Below, piece after piece: positions 33,541 to 41,542 of a DNA stretch of 64,000 bases. How positions within the stretch are numbered: the stretch's first letter is position 1; each line of letters starts with the position of its first letter. This DNA is from Candidatus Giovannonibacteria bacterium. Lineage in GTDB: Bacteria > Patescibacteriota > Minisyncoccia > UBA11713 > 2-01-FULL-45-33. Below the pieces are notes generated by a model. That model made no database searches. It saw nothing but the letters and a program-made list of their open reading frames with translations, and was not told the origin of the DNA. The stretch lies in NCBI GenBank assembly GCA_016176295.1, contig JACOXN010000008.1, forward strand, positions 4,638 to 68,637, in the 5' to 3' direction. Made by a program: the position numbers and the translations under genes.

Positions 33541-34586
33541 CTTTTGTTAGAGAAATCTAAAAGCCATAAATCTGGTTTGATGGTTTGTTTGAGGGAGATG
33601 GTATGACGGCCGTATTTATCCAAAACTTCTTTAGTTACAGGCTGCCCAACCTTAAGGCATCCTGCATTTTCAAGCCGTCCTTTAATCCAGCGACCGAGTG
33701 TTCTCAAATCGTTTTCCGATCTGAAATTTTTTCCATTTTGGCCCTCTATTTTGCATTTGAAAGACCATCCGTCATCGGTAAATACTCGAATAACGGAACC
33801 ATTTTTAGGGTATGTCGGGGATGATGTAATCTCTCTCGGAACTATCAACTCCGCCTCATACCAGTGGCGGGGACGGATTGCTCCTGTTTTAGTTGCAAGC
33901 CTGCCTTTGCCGAAATAAGCATTGAGGTTACTTTTTTCGGTCGTCTTAAGAGGCAAATCAAAAACGGTATCCGTCAAAGCGTTTTCAACTTCCCGGTATG
34001 TTTCTGGGTCGGCTTTTTCCACGCCGATTCTGTTTTTTAACAAATCTCTCGAGGCGTTGAATGCAGCAGGCTTCCAATCAAGAATATTGTGCGATGCTTT
34101 TTTTACAAGATCGCTATGCAAAGATTCAAGATCGCGCAAGGCCTCATTCTCCGTAAAAAACACATCGACTTCCCATTGCCTGCTGTCTACTATATTGCTT
34201 AAATTTGAGGACCCGAGCATCCCTGATATTGGTTCTCCAGCTTTGTAGAATAAATAGGTCTTGCCATGAAATTTAAATGCAGTGCAAACATGGACGCTGC
34301 CTATGTTCTTATCTTTTAGAAAGGAGGCCAAATCAATAGCAGCTTCATATTGCGTCCGCGTAAAACCCTCTCTTCCATGCATGCCCAAAACTAAACTGCA
34401 TGTTTTTACCTTGCCCTCATCAAGATAAAAAAGAAGAATAGACTTTAATTCTAATAGAGACTCTTCCGTGATATAGCCAGTGGCTATTTTAATTTCGTCA
34501 GAATTTAAAATGCCAGATTCAAATGCTTCGCTAAATGTTGAATTGCTGTACTCGCACGGTTTTATGTTCGAGTAAAGAAGTTTCAT
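33537..34586 (-). CDS. PLD-family restriction endonuclease with C-terminal B3-like DNA-binding domain (NgoFVII/NgoAVII/CglI R-protein type)
   Basis: 349 aa. The HKD motif is FKFHGKTYLFYKAGEPISGMLGSSNLS. The C-terminal WYEAELIVPRE...IRVFTDDGWSFKCKIEGQNGKNFRS resembles BfiI/EcoRII-N B3-like domains. Confidence 0.75.
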   Translation of the reverse strand: MKLLYSNIKPCEYSNSTFSEAFESGILNSDEIKIATGYITEESLLELKSILLFYLDEGKVKTCSLVLGMHGREGFTRTQYEAAIDLASFLKDKNIGSVHVCTAFKFHGKTYLFYKAGEPISGMLGSSNLSNIVDSRQWEVDVFFTENEALRDLESLHSDLVKKASHNILDWKPAAFNASRDLLKNRIGVEKADPETYREVENALTDTVFDLPLKTTEKSNLNAYFGKGRLATKTGAIRPRHWYEAELIVPREITSSPTYPKNGSVIRVFTDDGWSFKCKIEGQNGKNFRSENDLRTLGRWIKGRLENAGCLKVGQPVTKEVLDKYGRHTISLKQTIKPDLWLLDFSNKR

Positions 34587-34596
34587 TCAAGTATCT

Positions 34597-35652
34597 TTAT
34601 AATTCGCTTAAAAACTTTTTAATTGCTCTAGCTATCGGCCTTATCCCGGCAGGTGGGACTGAGTTTCCAATCTGTCTTCTTACTTCAGCTATCGAGCCTG
34701 CAAAAACAAAATCATCAGGATAGCCAAAGAGCCTGGCGCGTTCTCTATTCGTTAAAGGCCGAGGTTCATTGAAATGGTATCCCCAAGTGCCTCCGCCCCC
34801 GCCTGCGATGATGGTAGTTGACGGCTTGTCCGGATGCAAGCGACGATAAACATGAGAAATCATTCCTTTGACATAATGCGGAGAGGTTTTAGGAATATCT
34901 GTGAAATTTCCTCCTGGAGGAATAAGCCTCAATTTTGCGATAGTGCTGGGATTAATATTTTGATGTTCGTTGTTAAAAATTGCTTTTTCCACCCCCCGCA
35001 AGGCCTCCTTGGCAGTAACGTAATTTCCCGGACCACGCGTAGGTGCAGGCAACTCAAAATCTTTTTTGATGTCATTGCGAACGCCAATAATCAGCACCCT
35101 TTCCCGCAGCTGGGGAGCCCCATAACTGGCAAAATTAATCGGATTTACCGTTACTTTGTAACCAGCTTCTGCAAAGTCGCTTCTAATCTGTTCAACAGCT
35201 TTTCCTTTGTTTGCGCTCAAAAGACCCTTTACATTTTCGGCGACAAACATTTTGGGCTGTTTTGCAACAACAATCCGTACAAATTGGCGATATAAATTTC
35301 CGCGTTCTGTTTTTAAACCCATGCGTTTCCATACCATGGAAAAATCTTGGCAAGGAAACCCGCCTAAAACAATATCGCAACAAGGAATATCGTCTGTTTT
35401 GACATCAACTATGCTTCCTTCAACAATATGATCGCCGAAATAATTTTTGAAAGTCTCACATGCCCAATGATTAACGTCATTTGCCCATATCACATCAAAG
35501 CCCTCCTGTTCGAATCCAAGGTCCATGCCCCCGGACCCCGAAAAAAGTGATACAATTTTTAATGAATTCTTGGCTCCTTTGCTTGCTTTTTGAAACTCGC
35601 TTTTTACGAGTTTTGTATTAACTTTGGACTGTTTTTTTTGTTCGGTTTGCAT
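34597..35652 (-). CDS. DNA (cytosine-5)-methyltransferase
   Basis: 351 aa. Motif I SLFSGSGGMDLGF, motif IV GGFPCQDFS, ENVKGL, motif X QIGNSVPP. Confidence 0.93.
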   Translation of the reverse strand: MQTEQKKQSKVNTKLVKSEFQKASKGAKNSLKIVSLFSGSGGMDLGFEQEGFDVIWANDVNHWACETFKNYFGDHIVEGSIVDVKTDDIPCCDIVLGGFPCQDFSMVWKRMGLKTERGNLYRQFVRIVVAKQPKMFVAENVKGLLSANKGKAVEQIRSDFAEAGYKVTVNPINFASYGAPQLRERVLIIGVRNDIKKDFELPAPTRGPGNYVTAKEALRGVEKAIFNNEHQNINPSTIAKLRLIPPGGNFTDIPKTSPHYVKGMISHVYRRLHPDKPSTTIIAGGGGGTWGYHFNEPRPLTNRERARLFGYPDDFVFAGSIAEVRRQIGNSVPPAGIRPIARAIKKFLSEL

Positions 35653-35775
35653 GATTACATTGTATACAATTTATGGCGAAAAAGCCGCCCCTCTAAATTG
35701 CCGGAAACGCATATTATGGCTTCATTGAGCCGCAAAAAAGGCTTAAACATGTGGATAAGCTCTGCTGGCTTATTA

Positions 35776-38022
35776 TTATTGAACATGATTCACCGTATCG
35801 CTTGCAAAAATTGTAGTGTGAGTGTTTCCGGGTGCCATTATTACAGGCCACCAAAAGGAAGAACCCATCCATCCTTGATTTTCGTCTCCTTTGACATGAA
35901 CCAAAATCAGAACTGGAATGTTTTCAGCTATCTTTTGCGCAATGGCACGAGTTGTCTCGCTATCAGGAACGTCAGAAAAACGGCCTCCCGTTCTAATTCT
36001 AGTTATATCGCTCTCTGACTTTATAACATATACCTTGCCTGTTAGAGTTTTATCACAAGAGTTAATTGATAAATGTTCAAGACTTGCCTTGTGTGCTTTT
36101 ATATCCCATTTAGTTCCTTTTTCTTCGGAAAATGTTTTGTCGATTTTTTCAAGTAAGCCAACAGCCTGATCGATTGAAATTATATAGTGGTTTGCATCCG
36201 GCACAGCTGCCTGTAATCCAAGAATTTCATTATCTAATTCCTCTATGTACTTTTTGATATTGCTTTTAAAGCCGGTTTGGAAACCTATGGGTAATAGTCT
36301 TTTGTACGATTTAAGCGTCGTAATGCTTGATAGCATTATTTTGTTTGGGGAACAGGGAACCAATTTATCGTTAGCGTCTTTACGAATAAAATAAACACCA
36401 CGTTCATGCGAACCATTGAGAAATGCTTCTCGAAGAGCGTTATCAAATTCGTGAATCCGACGCATGATTTCGTAAATACCACGCGTGGTATAAAAACGAG
36501 TGACTGCCAAATCCTCTTTAGATCGGGCTCCGTACATTCGCGAGTGCTGCAAAACGGTATCTTGCTGAAATTTCTTCGGGTTTCGGCCATAGTAAAACCC
36601 GATCATATTTTTTATTGTAATACCACGATCCAAAATTTGTCCGCCTATAAAAATGTTGAGAGGAGTCCGCAGTTTTAGTTGTCCTTTGACGTCGAGCAGA
36701 GCCTTAACATCTTTGTCAGAATTAACCTTTTCAACAACAAGCATGCCACCTATCAATGCTTTGGATACATTCTGTAAAACAGAATCGAATTCAGGAAGTT
36801 TAATGTCTGTAAGCTCAATAGATTTTTTCAGATCGGCGTACGCGTCTTTAACCAACCGGTCAAAAAGGGTCCGATCTTCTTTAGCGATTTTTATCAATTC
36901 TTCGTTAAGCTTATTTACAACGTCTTCCTGCCAGTTGTGCGAGCTTCGCGACTGTTCTGTGTGGATAACAAAACTATAATTTTCCTGTCTTTTCTCGGTC
37001 TCTTCCTGCTGAATCCGCCGGATACAACCTCCAACAATAAAATTCATTATTGAATTTCTGATTGTCTTGGTTGATGGGCTTGTAAATACCTCTTCAATTT
37101 TGAATGACCGGCGATCAGCTCTTTTCAACTTCTTTGTGGCTTTCAAAATTTCAAGCTCTTCCGGCGGAACTTCTTCGTAAACATAAGAAGCGGCCGTACC
37201 ATCTTTTTCGCTTTCTATAAAATAATAGTCTCCACCCACATAATCCTTATGAATTGGCACGAGAACCGTAAAAGCTGGCCGCTTGGGAGGGAAGATCCCG
37301 GTCTCACTTTCGGCATCATCTGGCTGGAGATATAGGGAGTATGGCGTTGCGGTTACCTGCAAAAAATCTGACTGCTCGACTTTGGTTCTTATTTCATCAA
37401 TCTGTTTGGCAATTTTCCCTTGCTCAATGAGACCGCTTTCTTTTTCTTTATGAAAACTAATACTTGCGAAATCAGCCTCATCATCAATGATAAGAATCTT
37501 TTTGTTCTTAAGGTCAGGGTAAGTATTTGTGAGATCATTCAGAACACGTTTGAGATTATTAATTTCCTTCTTGGCGACAATAATGAGCTTCTGGCTCAAT
37601 TCATACGGAACCATATTTTTGGGGAAAAACATAATGTCGTGAATTTGCACTTTGTTATCATCTTCAAAGACACTGAAATCTTCGTGCAGTCGTTTCAGCG
37701 TCTGTTCCGTAAGCGGTTTTGTTCCTTTGGTCAGAATAATCGTTATGTCGTAACCATTATCAAAAGCAAGTGCAATTGCACCCAGAAATGCCCGAGTTTT
37801 ACCGCTCTGAACTTTACCGAGCAAAATACCAGGTTTTTTAGAGCTTGTATCAGAAGCCAATAATTTATTGACAATTTCTTCGATACAATCTTTCAAACCG
37901 CTATCATCCTTACGATTTGCAGTTAATGTATTATAAAAATGACTTTTCCTCAAAACTACATTTTTAAGTTTTGATTCCTGTATTAAACCTTTATCTTTTT
38001 TGGTATCTGTGTCGAACGCCAT
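35776..38022 (-). CDS. second SF2 helicase-like ATPase with Z1 domain (stand-alone paralog of the N-protein)
   Basis: 748 aa with GKVQSGKTR, LIIDDEADFAS and VTATPYSL. The Z1-like segment is IGGQILDRGITIKNMIGFYYGRNPKKFQQDTVLQHSRMYGAR. The C-terminal GW..W.P tail parallels that of the 627-aa protein. Confidence 0.7.
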   Translation of the reverse strand: MAFDTDTKKDKGLIQESKLKNVVLRKSHFYNTLTANRKDDSGLKDCIEEIVNKLLASDTSSKKPGILLGKVQSGKTRAFLGAIALAFDNGYDITIILTKGTKPLTEQTLKRLHEDFSVFEDDNKVQIHDIMFFPKNMVPYELSQKLIIVAKKEINNLKRVLNDLTNTYPDLKNKKILIIDDEADFASISFHKEKESGLIEQGKIAKQIDEIRTKVEQSDFLQVTATPYSLYLQPDDAESETGIFPPKRPAFTVLVPIHKDYVGGDYYFIESEKDGTAASYVYEEVPPEELEILKATKKLKRADRRSFKIEEVFTSPSTKTIRNSIMNFIVGGCIRRIQQEETEKRQENYSFVIHTEQSRSSHNWQEDVVNKLNEELIKIAKEDRTLFDRLVKDAYADLKKSIELTDIKLPEFDSVLQNVSKALIGGMLVVEKVNSDKDVKALLDVKGQLKLRTPLNIFIGGQILDRGITIKNMIGFYYGRNPKKFQQDTVLQHSRMYGARSKEDLAVTRFYTTRGIYEIMRRIHEFDNALREAFLNGSHERGVYFIRKDANDKLVPCSPNKIMLSSITTLKSYKRLLPIGFQTGFKSNIKKYIEELDNEILGLQAAVPDANHYIISIDQAVGLLEKIDKTFSEEKGTKWDIKAHKASLEHLSINSCDKTLTGKVYVIKSESDITRIRTGGRFSDVPDSETTRAIAQKIAENIPVLILVHVKGDENQGWMGSSFWWPVIMAPGNTHTTIFASDTVNHVQ

Positions 38023-38226
38023 AAATTGCCTTCATCTTCTCACAAATTCCGTTATTTTTCCAGCGTTTTAGAGACGTCCAAATTATCAACTAGGGCTCTA
38101 TGGACTCCTAAGGTAGAGTTGCGTCATTCCTTGTGTTGTATGAAAAACACAAGCATTACAGGGCCTTTGGGGGCGGTCCAGGAGCAAAATAAGTAGCCCC
38201 CGCAAAGGATTAGGTACTGCCTCTAT

Positions 38227-38272
38227 GCCCGGAGATATTTTGGAATATAAAAAGTAGATGAAAACTCGATTA
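38227..38272 (+). repeat. 46-bp perfect direct repeat, right copy (island boundary)
   Basis: Identical to 30213-30258. It encodes an orphan ..PGDILEYKK* with no upstream ORF. Confidence 0.97.
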
Positions 38273-38300
38273 CTCGGATTGCGCCGAAAAAAAATTGTCT

Positions 38301-38390
38301 TGGCGGAGGAGGTGAGATTCGAACTCACGAGAGGATTTCTCCCCTACCGCTTTTCGAGAGCGGCCCATTCAACCACTCTGGCACTCCTCC
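38301..38390 (-). tRNA. tRNA-Ser (anticodon CGA), CCA encoded
   Basis: Acceptor GGAGGAG/CTCCTCC. Anticodon arm CCGCT-CTCGAAA-AGCGG. Long variable arm, T arm GTGAG-TTCGAAT-CTCAC. 3' GCCA. Confidence 0.9.
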
Positions 38391-38408
38391 AAATGGTTTC
38401 AGTTCCTG

Positions 38409-38480
38409 TCCCCCCACTAGGAATCGAACCTAGGTCTACGGATTAAGAGTCCGCTGCTTTACCAATTAAGCTATGGGGGG
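38409..38480 (-). tRNA. tRNA-Lys (anticodon CTT), no encoded CCA, C1:G72 acceptor start
   Basis: Acceptor CCCCCCA/TGGGGGG. D arm GCTT-AATTGGTA-AAGC. Anticodon arm GCGGA-CTCTTAA-TCCGT. T arm CTAGG-TTCGATT-CCTAG. Confidence 0.8.
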
Positions 38481-39206
38481 GGATCTTGTTAAATTTACAG
38501 GACGGGCGGTTTTTGTCAAAACAGTCCATTGTTTTTGCGTTTTTACTACGTGCGGATCCAAGCCGCTTAAAACCGCCTGTATCCACCCGAAAATCCTGTA
38601 CCGCATATCTGTTCCCTTCGGAACTTCTATTCTAATAGTACCGTAATATAAATTATTTTTCCTATAACCTGTGCTAAGCGGTTTTATGAAGCTTTTACCA
38701 AAATGATGTAAAGGTATTTTTGTAAGTTCGGACCAAAATTTTTTTATTTTAAATTCGTTTTGTTGCGGATAAATATTCAAACGAGCCTTTAAAAATTCCG
38801 GCTTGATTTTAAAGATCCTTTCTATCCACAGAACAAAAAACAAAATTAAGTGAGGATCGGAATTAGTAAAAGCCAAATTTTTTCCTTTACTGCCCTCAGC
38901 CCAGTATAAAGCTGCGCCCATCAACCTGCATGTTTCGTGGTCTAACGGCAATTTTACCTCCTTTTTAGCTAACTGCATAATTTCACTTACTTCTTTTGCT
39001 CGTCTTTGCTTTTGGCTTCTTGGTCCCAAAGAAAGAATTTCAATTTGTTTCGTGTATAATCTTTTTCTTTGCTCCCGGTTCAGAATAATGGATTTAAGCC
39101 ATAAACTTAGCGTGCTTTTAGCCACAGGAATTTTACGACGTATTTCGTTATAACTAAGGCCGGATTTCCTTAATAGAATTGCTTGCTTTTTTAATTTTTT
39201 TTTCAT
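38466..39206 (-). CDS. HTH + LAGLIDADG-like (homing-endonuclease-like) protein, paralog 1
   Basis: Start at MKKKLKKQAILLRKSGLSYNEIRRKIPVAKSTLSLWLK (resolvase/IS30-type HTH). This is followed by MGAALYWAEGSKGKNLAFTNSDPHLILFFVLWIERIF (a single LAGLIDADG-like motif). The last 15 nt overlap the tRNA-Lys 5' end. Confidence 0.5.
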   Translation of the reverse strand: MKKKLKKQAILLRKSGLSYNEIRRKIPVAKSTLSLWLKSIILNREQRKRLYTKQIEILSLGPRSQKQRRAKEVSEIMQLAKKEVKLPLDHETCRLMGAALYWAEGSKGKNLAFTNSDPHLILFFVLWIERIFKIKPEFLKARLNIYPQQNEFKIKKFWSELTKIPLHHFGKSFIKPLSTGYRKNNLYYGTIRIEVPKGTDMRYRIFGWIQAVLSGLDPHVVKTQKQWTVLTKTARPVNLTRSPPIA

Positions 39207-39385
39207 ATTTGTACAACCAAGCATACCACACATAATAACCTAAAGGTAGTATTTATTCACATATGGACAAAATATGTTTTTAATGCTATGGTTACCAGGT
39301 AAAAATTCATTAGTGATTGTTCATTGAAATGATAAGGATGTGAACAGATAACGTACTAAACGGAACAAAAAACACGGAGGTTTTT

Positions 39386-41074
39386 ATGGGAAACAACGGC
39401 AACGGAGTAGTCGCCTATTTTTCTCCCGAGTTCGGCATAGACCAGCAGCTGCCGATTTACAGCGGAGGATTGGGATTATTGGCTGCATCACTCGCGAAAT
39501 CTTTCCGGGAAATGAACATCCCGGTCGTCGTAGTTTCGGTCCTCGCGCGCGAGGGTTACTACGATCAGTACGTCGAAGAGTTTACCAACGACAAAGGCGA
39601 GACGGATTTCAAGATGGGGATCCGCTACAAAAGGTGGGAGCGCGAAGAAGAGTTCCTGGAAGACACGGGCGTCATCGTGCCCATAAACATCAATGACCGG
39701 CTGAATGTAATTAAGGTCTGGAAATTGAAAGACCTGTTCGGCTCGGTTCCGGTATATCTTCTGGACACCGACGTTCCGCCCAACGACCACATCGCCCGGC
39801 TCAACACAAGAAATCTCTACGGCGGTACAATGCACAGCGGCGTGTCATGGGAAGACCTGGAAAGAAGGCGCCTCGCACAGTATTATATTTTGGGGAAGGG
39901 CGGCGTAAAAGCACTGAGGCGGCTCGGGATAAAAATGGCCAAGTACCACCTGAATGAATCCCATTCGTACTTCGCGGCCCAGGAAATACTTTCCGGAGCC
40001 TTGAAGCAGGGTGTGAGCTGGACCGACGCGATCCACTTCACGAAGTCCAAAGTAGTATTTTCAACGCACACCCCTGCGTCATCCGGCCACGGCCATCAAG
40101 TTTTTCCGCTCGATGAAGTGGCTAAAATGGCGAACATAAACTGCAAGGGCCCGATAACAGTTGACCATCTGCGAATGCTTGGCGGAGACTCGCTCGGAAA
40201 ATTCAACATGACCGCTGCTTGTTTTCACCTCGCCGGGGTAGCCAACGCAGTTTCCAAAAAACATCTGGAAGGCATCAAAAAAGTCTGGGGATTCCTGGAA
40301 GGCGCGGCTCCTATCATCAACATCACGAACGCCGTGAACCACAGACATCTCCAGTACGAGGAGTTCCGCAACGCCCGGACACCGAAAGAAAAAGCCGAGG
40401 CAAAGCTCAAATATAAGCGCATGCTCATCGCAAAATACGCCCCGGCCTGGAATGAGAACGTGTTTACGGCGGGGTGGGGCAGGCGCGGGCAAGCCTACAA
40501 AAGAATGAAACTTCTGCTCCACGGGGACAACTACTGGTGGCTTTCAAATCTAATGAAAGAGAACCGAATACAGGTTCTCATGGGCGGAAAGCCGCACCCG
40601 GACGACCGGGAAAGAATAAAGGACTGGGAAGAACTCTACAAACTTAGCAAGTCAAAGGACTTCCCAAATCTGGTCGTAGTGTCCGGGTACGAACTGGACA
40701 TGATGAAAGAGTGGAGCGCAGGCGTCGACACCTGGTTAAACACTCCCCGCTCATCCTGTGAAGCATCAGGCACCTCAGGAATGAAAGGGAACGGAGCAAT
40801 AAACTGCTCAACGCCCGACGGTTGGATGTGGGAAGCAGAGGCGAATAATTATTTTCCCTTCGGGCTAGATTCCCCCATTGACTTGGGGACACATGATACG
40901 CACGATGCCCAGGAGCTTCAACGAGCCGTCAACGACATGATGACGATCTACTACCACGACCGCGACAAGTGGAACCAAAAGATTCTGGACAGCGACCGCG
41001 AAGTAGAGACACACTTCGACAGCAACGATAGAGCGTTGCAGTACGCAACCGCACTTTACGGCTTAAGTCTTTAA
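39386..41074 (+). CDS. glgP: alpha-glucan (glycogen/maltodextrin) phosphorylase, GT35 short form
   Basis: 562 aa with the PLP-site signature EASGTSGMKGNGA. GGAGG SD lies 7 nt upstream of the ATG. Confidence 0.85.
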   Translation: MGNNGNGVVAYFSPEFGIDQQLPIYSGGLGLLAASLAKSFREMNIPVVVVSVLAREGYYDQYVEEFTNDKGETDFKMGIRYKRWEREEEFLEDTGVIVPININDRLNVIKVWKLKDLFGSVPVYLLDTDVPPNDHIARLNTRNLYGGTMHSGVSWEDLERRRLAQYYILGKGGVKALRRLGIKMAKYHLNESHSYFAAQEILSGALKQGVSWTDAIHFTKSKVVFSTHTPASSGHGHQVFPLDEVAKMANINCKGPITVDHLRMLGGDSLGKFNMTAACFHLAGVANAVSKKHLEGIKKVWGFLEGAAPIINITNAVNHRHLQYEEFRNARTPKEKAEAKLKYKRMLIAKYAPAWNENVFTAGWGRRGQAYKRMKLLLHGDNYWWLSNLMKENRIQVLMGGKPHPDDRERIKDWEELYKLSKSKDFPNLVVVSGYELDMMKEWSAGVDTWLNTPRSSCEASGTSGMKGNGAINCSTPDGWMWEAEANNYFPFGLDSPIDLGTHDTHDAQELQRAVNDMMTIYYHDRDKWNQKILDSDREVETHFDSNDRALQYATALYGLSL

Positions 41075-41101
41075 AAACGAAGAACGCGAACACAAAAAAA
41101 C

Positions 41102-41128
41102 GACCAGCCCAAGGCTGGTCATTTTTTT
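41102..41128 (+). terminator. rho-independent terminator after glgP
   Basis: GACCAGCC-CAA-GGCTGGTC followed by ATTTTTTT. An upstream A-run gives it bidirectional potential. Confidence 0.7.
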
Positions 41129-41145
41129 ATGATAAAAAGTTGTCG

Positions 41146-41168
41146 ACCCTGCCTACCGGCAGGCAGGC
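41146..41168. repeat. palindromic element, copy B
   Basis: ACCCTGCCTACCGGCAGGCAGGC followed by TTTTT. It matches the reverse complement of 4969-4992 except for 1 indel and 1 substitution. Confidence 0.7.
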
Positions 41169-41171
41169 TTT

Positions 41172-41540
41172 TTACCCAAGCTCTCGCTTGTAGCCAAAAT
41201 TGGAAGAAAAGTAACTTCTATTGTTTACAAAGATACGAATGCTTCGGAACATACTAACCGCGAGCATAAAGCTTACTACCCCGGCCGCCGATATAACGAT
41301 AAGCGCGATCGGGTCAGCATGGTTCAGTGCGGAAGCGATGAATCTCGGCACATTCGTAAGACCCGATCCTGCCGCACTCAAGAAATTGGCCGCAATCTGC
41401 GAGACAAAGAAACTATCCGCGACCACTCTGTAAGACACTACTATGAGCGCGGATACCAAAGCCAGTTTGGGGGCTATCCGCCTTACCAACCAGATACCGT
41501 ATACTCTTTTCATTATTCTGTTTTTCAGTTCGTTTGCCAT
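41172..41540 (-). CDS. hypothetical membrane protein (possible anti-sigma partner)
   Basis: 122 aa with 3 hydrophobic helices. Only 2 nt separate it from the upstream ECF sigma gene. Confidence 0.45.
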   Translation of the reverse strand: MANELKNRIMKRVYGIWLVRRIAPKLALVSALIVVSYRVVADSFFVSQIAANFLSAAGSGLTNVPRFIASALNHADPIALIVISAAGVVSFMLAVSMFRSIRIFVNNRSYFSSNFGYKRELG

Positions 41541-41542
41541 GA

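Larger units (their letters stand above)
30213..38272. mobile_element. 8.0-kb genomic island with restriction-modification cargo, bounded by 46-bp direct repeats; no integrase or transposase
   Basis: The perfect 46-bp repeats are 8014 bp apart. The right copy is an orphan duplicate of the HTH gene 3' end (..PGDILEYKK*). All 7 cargo ORFs are on the minus strand. tRNA-Ser and tRNA-Lys lie immediately outside the right end. Confidence 0.65.

Noticed and set aside
38098-38226. GGACTCCTAAGG at about 38103-38114 resembles the anticodon arm of tRNA-Arg(CCT); considered as a degenerate tRNA marking the island end
   Set aside because: No acceptor, D or T arms can be built around it, and the similarity is only about 12 nt.
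30213-38272. Looked for an integrase, transposase or recombinase that could explain the island
   Set aside because: None of the seven cargo ORFs shows tyrosine/serine recombinase or DDE motifs. Mobility is therefore inferred only from the repeats.
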